Source: Candidatus Borrarchaeum weybense
Lineage (GTDB): Archaea; Asgardarchaeota; Sifarchaeia; Borrarchaeales; Borrarchaeaceae
Direction: 5' to 3'
NCBI GenBank assembly: GCA_019057385.1
Contig: JAHQJS010000001.1
Span: forward strand, 139,425-158,840
Length of the DNA: 19,416 nt
Part shown: positions 14,163 to 19,416 of the stretch, in pieces
How positions within the stretch are numbered: position 1 is the stretch's first letter
How the letters are laid out: the number at the start of each line of letters is the position of its first letter
The notes under the pieces: model-generated
What the model was told of the DNA's origin: nothing
Database searches by the model: none
The model's input: only the letters and a program-made list of their open reading frames with translations
Program-made: the position numbers and the translations under genes

Positions 14163-14835
14163 CTATCCTTATCAAAGGATCTACAACTGAGCAAATATTC
14201 CAATAAGATGGGAGGATATCATATCTCCAACCCTCTCCCTTTATCAACCAAGCTCCATTCTTGCAGATATCAGGAAGATCAGTCGCCCAATTCTTACCAA
14301 TTCTATGTAGCATCTCATGAACTTCTGAACTGTGTTTATTCATAAGCTCGTTATGTGAGAAGAAGTTTCTGGCGTACATGCTAAGAGAATTCCTTTCCCA
14401 ATCTTTTGCTCTCCATAAAAAGTAATTCGCCGCTTCCTCCTTGGGTATGTTAAAAACTCGTGAATCAAAAATACCTTGCCCATAAGGAAAAATCTGATTG
14501 AATTTCACAGACATAAGAGCTGCGGACAGGCTGGCCATCTTTAGGATATTGTAGTCAAACCAACCCTGAGTATCCAACTTTTCATAATCAGTTAAAAGGA
14601 AGCTCACTTCGTCCGACTGAACATAGGCAACTTTAAATCCCTGAATTTCATCGGCAACATCATCTGCTGCCTTCCTCATGCTTGTAATAAAATTGTGGTC
14701 GAATGGCTTCTTAGTTCCTCTAAGAAGAGTATGAAATGCTCTTCCATCAACTCGGATAATAACGGGTGTTCTTTTAGTCAGATAATACCTGGTAACACTT
14801 TCATACGTCTTCATTCTGTCGCCGAGATTTTTCAT
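14143..14835 (-). CDS. Thg1-like protein (tRNA-His guanylyltransferase / 3'-5' polymerase family)
   Basis: GDRMKTYE, IIRVDGRAFH, YVQSDEVS, FDSRVF, NYFLWR..D..RNS. Confidence 0.93.
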   Translation of the reverse strand: MKNLGDRMKTYESVTRYYLTKRTPVIIRVDGRAFHTLLRGTKKPFDHNFITSMRKAADDVADEIQGFKVAYVQSDEVSFLLTDYEKLDTQGWFDYNILKMASLSAALMSVKFNQIFPYGQGIFDSRVFNIPKEEAANYFLWRAKDWERNSLSMYARNFFSHNELMNKHSSEVHEMLHRIGKNWATDLPDICKNGAWLIKGEGWRYDILPSYWNICSVVDPLIRIVENEKE

Positions 14836-15191
14836 TCCACTTTCCCGCCTAACTCAATTATAGCTTTTTTAACTAACCAAGAAAATAAATCATCACCACA
14901 AAGTTTTCGCTCATCTCTTTCCTCATCAGTTCTCTTCTCAATCCGAAACGAGTTAAATTCCTCAGAGAGAAGTCTTCCAACTTCTCCCATATTCCGCAAT
15001 TCTAAATACCTCTGCAGAAGTTTTATAGTATGTTTTTGATTATTCCTAAGTGTTTTTATATATTCAGCCATACCTGCGGCATTCCTCTGCTTCTTGCGCA
15101 TCAAGTATTTTCTTTTGCTGTTAGCTTTCTGTAATGCTTTTTTCGCAGTTTGCGCTTTTTCAAGTTTAAGTTTAAGTTCTTGCTCGCTCAT
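14832..15191 (-). CDS. Hypothetical coiled-coil protein
   Basis: 119-aa ORF translationally coupled at both ends. Confidence 0.7.
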   Translation of the reverse strand: MSEQELKLKLEKAQTAKKALQKANSKRKYLMRKKQRNAAGMAEYIKTLRNNQKHTIKLLQRYLELRNMGEVGRLLSEEFNSFRIEKRTDEERDERKLCGDDLFSWLVKKAIIELGGKVE

Positions 15192-15478
15192 TAACTCTCC
15201 TTGCTCAGAGAAATTCCAAAAATTTGGATTGATGGAGACATTTCCTGCAATAACAAATCAACGTTATCAATAACAAATCCTTTAATCCCTGGAGAATGAT
15301 ATCTACGATGAAGAAACTCCTCAAATGTTAACATCTTAGGAGCATTCTCTTTGAGTAAATGTCGGATTCTACCTTCCTCAACCCTTCCTGCTACTACAAG
15401 ATAGAAATCATTATCTTTCGCATATTTTGCCAAGAGTGTCGTTTTTCCAGCTCCTCTTGGCTCACATACTATCATCAT
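15191..15478 (-). CDS. Very small P-loop protein
   Basis: Walker A-like PRGAGKTT and Walker B-like FVIDN in only 95 aa. Confidence 0.7.
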   Translation of the reverse strand: MMIVCEPRGAGKTTLLAKYAKDNDFYLVVAGRVEEGRIRHLLKENAPKMLTFEEFLHRRYHSPGIKGFVIDNVDLLLQEMSPSIQIFGISLSKES

Positions 15479-16809
15479 AATTCATCCTCCACATCTCCAA
15501 TTCCTTCATCTTTCATCTTACTCTCACGAAGAAGGAATTCTTCAGATTTGTGTTTTAAGCAAGTCCAATTTCCGGTACAATCTTTGAACCAAACAACTAC
15601 TCCCTCAAGAAGAGTATTTGGATCAAGATTAGATTGACCTTCACAGTAACCAAAATCCTTAACCATCATATCCCAATATACAAACTTATTTTCTGGTTCT
15701 GCTTCTCCAAGTTCATACTTGGTTATCAAATAAGGCTTTTCTAAACCCAACTCCTCAGCCCTACGATACACTTGCTCACGATCTAAATCTACACGATAGC
15801 CATCTTCAGTCGTAAGGGTAACGCGATATAGCATTACCTTATACTCGCCTCCAAAACCATCGCGAGTGCAACCATAGGGATAATGCTTCTGAATCCATCT
15901 TCCACTTTGTTGATATCCATAAATTTCGTAATACAACTCTTCACCTTTATGCAAATGAGGTGCGAGTTTTTCTTCTATTTCTCTGCGTTCTTTTCCCATG
16001 TGTCCTTGAGTTCCATCTCTTCGTCGAGTTCCACTCACGACTTTCCAAAAGATTTTAGTTTTTGGTTTCCAGAGTTGTAGTAGGCCTCTTTTCTCGACAT
16101 GTCGAACATTGGCTATTCTTCCTGATGTTCCGTGAACTTTTTCTTCTATGTATATCATTCCCGGGATGATTCTATGAGCCTCACGCATCAGTTGCTTAGT
16201 ATCCCAATGCTTCCAAAACGAATCCGTTGTTATTCTACTTTGAAAAAGAGATAATAGCTTCAGATAAAACTTTTTCAGAAGTCTCAATTTCCTCTTCTTT
16301 TTCTTTGATCCACCTAGATACACTCCTTTGGATTTTTCAACTATATATTTATGACAAACCTCAGCACTCACCTCACTCCAACCGATATGAGTAAATTCGT
16401 CTCCGACTTTCAAACTATATGAAGGAAAAGTACGTTGAACATTATCAACTAATCCAACACACACTGCAAAATGATCTATCACCTCCAGACCAACCACGAA
16501 TCCATTTGATATCTCATCTCGAAGTTTGATTGTTCTAATTCGCCCGTTCTTACCAAAATAACCTTTAACTCTTGGATCGCTATTCATCTCGGGGTTTTCA
16601 TACAAATTGTTGAAGTGAAGAAATTCAGGAGATAGAGCTAAGTTGGAGTCAAAGTAAACAACAACATCTCCATCTTTAGCATCTAATCCAACAATAATTT
16701 GTGTACCCAGCACAGTTGCTAACTTAATCCGGTCAGCATTTGGATGCTTTCGAACATTAGCCAAAGTAGTTACAATTGCGTTATTCGTTTCTGATTTAGT
16801 TAGTTTCAT
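15475..16809 (-). CDS. RNA ligase, DRB0094/Rnl2-like, with N-terminal OB-type domain
   Basis: KHPNADRIKL, LRDEISNG; nucleotidyltransferase motifs EEKVHGTS (I), YEIYG (III), EGVVV (IV), LKHKSEEFL (V). Confidence 0.85.
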   Translation of the reverse strand: MKLTKSETNNAIVTTLANVRKHPNADRIKLATVLGTQIIVGLDAKDGDVVVYFDSNLALSPEFLHFNNLYENPEMNSDPRVKGYFGKNGRIRTIKLRDEISNGFVVGLEVIDHFAVCVGLVDNVQRTFPSYSLKVGDEFTHIGWSEVSAEVCHKYIVEKSKGVYLGGSKKKKRKLRLLKKFYLKLLSLFQSRITTDSFWKHWDTKQLMREAHRIIPGMIYIEEKVHGTSGRIANVRHVEKRGLLQLWKPKTKIFWKVVSGTRRRDGTQGHMGKERREIEEKLAPHLHKGEELYYEIYGYQQSGRWIQKHYPYGCTRDGFGGEYKVMLYRVTLTTEDGYRVDLDREQVYRRAEELGLEKPYLITKYELGEAEPENKFVYWDMMVKDFGYCEGQSNLDPNTLLEGVVVWFKDCTGNWTCLKHKSEEFLLRESKMKDEGIGDVEDEL

Positions 16810-16810
16810 T

Positions 16811-17257
16811 TCAATCTAAACCATCCAATCGATTTCCATCATCATCTTTCTCATTTGGATCAAAATGCCAATGTCGGCAAACTCCAATTCCCTCAGGATA
16901 CTCCTCATCTATGTACATCTCTGTTATCATACCTGTATCTTCTTTTCCAATAAGACCATAGGCTATTTCCCAGTTGGTTTTGAGAGCTATAACCTCCATC
17001 GTCCTCTTTCCCGGACCAATCATCTTTTCAACTATATAGACCTTTTTATTCGCATCCTTCCGGCGGGTCTCTAAGGTTTTTGTAATAACAGCGATGGGAT
17101 GATAATAATACAAAGCTACTTCTCCCTCACCAACATCATTTGAAAATGGCGCAAATACGACATCTTGTGTTAACTTGCCTTGAATTTCCCTTCTGGCCGA
17201 GCTCAAAGATTCAAACTCACGAGATCTACCATCCGACGTCCAAGTAACTTTATACAT
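16811..17257 (-). CDS. Hypothetical protein
   Basis: ATG 17257 with AAGGA SD preferred over TTG 17287. Confidence 0.7.
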   Translation of the reverse strand: MYKVTWTSDGRSREFESLSSARREIQGKLTQDVVFAPFSNDVGEGEVALYYYHPIAVITKTLETRRKDANKKVYIVEKMIGPGKRTMEVIALKTNWEIAYGLIGKEDTGMITEMYIDEEYPEGIGVCRHWHFDPNEKDDDGNRLDGLD

Positions 17258-17268
17258 AAATTTCCTTT

Positions 17269-17475
17269 CTATAATATCTCCAAACAAGGTTCTTCTTCCA
17301 AACCTTTTATCAAAGCCTTAATATATTCTTGCCGTTCCTCTGGATCTGGAATATCTCTTCGAAGAAGAAAATCTATATCTATCATCTTCTGAGTCTCCTT
17401 CTTCTTGAAAAGTTCCTCAGAGGTAATAGACCGACGTTTCTTAATCTTCAGCTTTTTCTTGTTTTTCTTGCTCAT
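17269..17475 (-). CDS. Small basic hypothetical protein
   Basis: 68-aa ORF, Lys-rich N-terminus, start overlapping the upstream stop. Confidence 0.65.
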   Translation of the reverse strand: MSKKNKKKLKIKKRRSITSEELFKKKETQKMIDIDFLLRRDIPDPEERQEYIKALIKGLEEEPCLEIL

Positions 17476-17978
17476 CTAAGATTTTTCATCTCTCCCGCTG
17501 GGCCATCCAAAACAAACTTTACATCCTCCAAGACATCTTGGTTGATAGTCTTCTCAGAACGCTTCATATTAACATACACATAGCCAATATGATTGCCCAA
17601 ATCATCTACGACCTCAGCAGGTTTGTTATAATATGGAGTATCATAGCAATCTCCACTTTTTACAATTTGAGCGATCTCGTAAGCCGGATTCACTCGGATT
17701 TTGTACTCTAAAGCAACATCAAAAAGGACTCCGAAGAACAAAGCTTGTATCCAATACCGAAGTTCAGAACTAGCTTCTCCTGTTTCCATCAAAGCCCTTG
17801 GCAGATGATTGAGCATTCGAGTAATAAAATAGTTCATCTCGCCAGCGAATGCTCCTTTATATCCATATTTTTCCGCAACTTCAGCTATCATTTCAGCGGC
17901 TTGCTTTGCTATAGGATCCAACTTCTCTCTATCCTCTCGTGGAGGCTCAGTTTTTTCGCTAGGTACGTAGGGGGACAT
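17472..17978 (-). CDS. Hypothetical protein resembling the phage DUF6899-type family
   Basis: M.PYV...R..LD, AGEMNYFIT, LEY..RV..AYE...I..SGD.Y resembles the GELNY.IT...E.YRR...PYE..KI..NGDVY pattern as I recall it; not verified. Confidence 0.55.
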   Translation of the reverse strand: MSPYVPSEKTEPPREDREKLDPIAKQAAEMIAEVAEKYGYKGAFAGEMNYFITRMLNHLPRALMETGEASSELRYWIQALFFGVLFDVALEYKIRVNPAYEIAQIVKSGDCYDTPYYNKPAEVVDDLGNHIGYVYVNMKRSEKTINQDVLEDVKFVLDGPAGEMKNLR

Positions 17979-17979
17979 T

Positions 17980-18215
17980 TCATTTCCTTTCTTTTACTAA
18001 CTTCTTTATTGATTTAATCGCCAGGAGCATACTTTCTCTGGCAGATGAATTCTGCGTATGTGAACGATAGTTTCAGGATTAGCTTCGCTTGCCCAAGTTA
18101 CTTCCTCTATTTGACCGGGCTAACCCACCATTTCCCAAACAAATCCCCTGAATCCGTGCATAGCGCCTCGACTCTAGTCCGGCCAGTTTCGTAGGTTTTT
18201 AACCTACCGGTTCAT
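17980..18215 (-). pseudogene. Probable decayed small gene (three frame changes) or structured leader behind the promoter
   Basis: Perfect AAGGAGG SD + ATG at 18215 but stop at codon 4; fragments TGRLKTYETGRTRVEALCTDSGDLFGKWWVSP / GQIEEVTWASEANPETIVHIRRIHLPEKV / LLAIKSIKKLVKERK* join across three frames and end 1 nt before the next ATG. Confidence 0.45.
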
Positions 18216-18265
18216 TTTGTACCTCCTTTACAAATACATAATTGGAATCTTCCTTATACATTTAA

Positions 18266-18312
18266 ATTATAATATATCTTTGATAAAATTCCAAATGAAA
18301 AATCAGAATTTT
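18266..18312 (-). promoter_or_regulatory. Sigma70-like promoter TTGGAA-N17-TATAAT with upstream AAAATTCTGATTTTT box
   Basis: -35 at 18294-18289, -10 at 18271-18266; box at 18312-18298. Confidence 0.75.
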
Positions 18313-18314
18313 TT

Positions 18315-18896
18315 CTAAAAACTTAAAAATTCTTGTCGCATGGCTTTATCCTCCCTCATCTTTCCCAGCAGACAACTGGTTATCATCTTACTTCCGGGCT
18401 TAAAAGCTCCTCTACATGCCACGCAGTTATGTTGAGCCTGGATGACAACTCCTACGCCAAGAGGTTTTACATGCTTCTTGATAGCCTCTGCTACTTGCCG
18501 AGTAAGTCTCTCTTGGATTTGCAATCGCTTTGCATAAACATCTACTATCCTAGCAAGCTTTGATAAACCTACTACTCTTTTATCCGGGACATATCCAACT
18601 TTAGCTATCCCAGTAAACTCTACCATATGATGTATGCAATGTGAGGTAAACGAGATATCCTTGAGCACTATCATTTCGTCACACTTCTCAGCAAAATCTA
18701 TGGATAAGATTTTCTTGATATCTTCCTCAGACACAAAATTTCCCGCACCAAATTCTTCAAGCCAAGCTCTGGCCACTCTCTCGGGCGTGCCCTTAAGATG
18801 TTGATCCTTCAAATCTAGATCCATAGCCTCCAAAAACATTTGAATGCCTTGCTCCATCTTTTTCTTTTTACTATCATATTCACTACTCTCTAACAT
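18315..18896 (-). CDS. folE: GTP cyclohydrolase I
   Basis: TPERVARAW, DEMIV, SHCIHH, GYVP...GLSKLARIVD..AKRLQIQERLT, H.C...RG, R.EFL. Confidence 0.95.
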   Translation of the reverse strand: MLESSEYDSKKKKMEQGIQMFLEAMDLDLKDQHLKGTPERVARAWLEEFGAGNFVSEEDIKKILSIDFAEKCDEMIVLKDISFTSHCIHHMVEFTGIAKVGYVPDKRVVGLSKLARIVDVYAKRLQIQERLTRQVAEAIKKHVKPLGVGVVIQAQHNCVACRGAFKPGSKMITSCLLGKMREDKAMRQEFLSF

Positions 18897-18913
18897 CTTC
18901 TACTCCTCTTCTT

Positions 18914-19416
18914 CTAAAATAAAGCACCACTAGGTTTATCATCTATTGTTTCTTCTGAAAACTGTTCCACTCTTCTTTTGGATATTTTGCAATATTTTGG
19001 CTTAAGCTCCATTCCAATAAATTTTCTGTTCAATAATTTGGCAGCAACACAAGTTGTTCCCGAACCACAGAAGGGATCGAGAACGATATCTCCTTCATTG
19101 GAAGAAGCATGAATAAATCTGATACATTGCCTCAAAGGTTTTTGAGTTGGATGATCTACTCCTTCATCGAAGTTCTTATGAATGGCGGGATCCAAAAAGA
19201 AGTTAAAGGCATTCCGCAAGCCGTACTCCTTTGCTATACTATTCCATACATACTTCTTTGGATCTTTAGTGTAAAATCCTATGAGTTCCGTCTTAGGCAG
19301 ATAGGTCTTAGCAGTGGGTTGTCGAACTCTAACATTTCGCTTCACCCATGATATTACCGCATTCTGATGAAAATACTTTTTAACTAATAAGTGCACTTCA
19401 GCAAATTCCAAAGGCG
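18914..19416 (-). CDS. DNA N4-cytosine/N6-adenine methyltransferase (beta-class order), 5' part outside the window
   Basis: HPTQKP, GDIVLDPFCGSGTT, FIGMEL; frame open to the window edge. Confidence 0.92.
   Translation of the reverse strand, partial: PLEFAEVHLLVKKYFHQNAVISWVKRNVRVRQPTAKTYLPKTELIGFYTKDPKKYVWNSIAKEYGLRNAFNFFLDPAIHKNFDEGVDHPTQKPLRQCIRFIHASSNEGDIVLDPFCGSGTTCVAAKLLNRKFIGMELKPKYCKISKRRVEQFSEETIDDKPSGALF

Noticed and set aside
18006-18215. TAG stop-codon reassignment suggested by three in-frame TAGs after a perfect SD
   Set aside because: folE, the primase and other genes end at TAG at their expected C-termini, no conserved gene needs TAG read-through, and read-through of the TAG at 12839 hits TAA six codons later.
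181-19351. All plus-strand ORFs in the track, and nested minus-strand ORFs 1144..1341, 6681..6926, 7260..7538 and 9818..10006
   Set aside because: They lie over better-supported minus-strand genes, have Ser/Phe-rich antisense-type or otherwise unconvincing composition, and show no recognisable motifs.

Overview
Gene-dense, AT-rich window with every credible gene on the minus strand, many with overlapping stop/start codons. It reads as the replication/nucleotide-metabolism/accessory region of a large tailed-phage (or prophage) genome; no structural genes are visible. In transcription order (right to left): partial DNA methyltransferase, FolE, a probable pseudogene behind a sigma70-like promoter, hypotheticals, DRB0094-type RNA ligase, Thg1-like protein, TatA, Zn-finger/TOPRIM primase, a broken gene, QueE with a Cys-rich insertion, a second matching promoter, small hypotheticals, and then a cassette of two tandem structured-RNA units, a 635-aa protein with a TerD-like C-terminus, a membrane protein and a lipoprotein. 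After that come a deletion-damaged GP88-like gene, a stand-alone PolA-type 5'-3' exonuclease, two radical SAM enzymes, a NUMOD3/Vsr-like endonuclease and a GT2 glycosyltransferase. The most striking unexplained element is at 8910-9064: two RNA units with the same fold (closing stem, AAA/C internal loop, 6-bp stem ending AGGU/ACCU, then UCCUA) but different, fully compensated stem sequences, lying between a -10 box and the TerD-like gene. This is a candidate Y-RNA/Ro-like ribonucleoprotein or autoregulatory RNA system. Family assignments come from motif recognition only; no searches were run.
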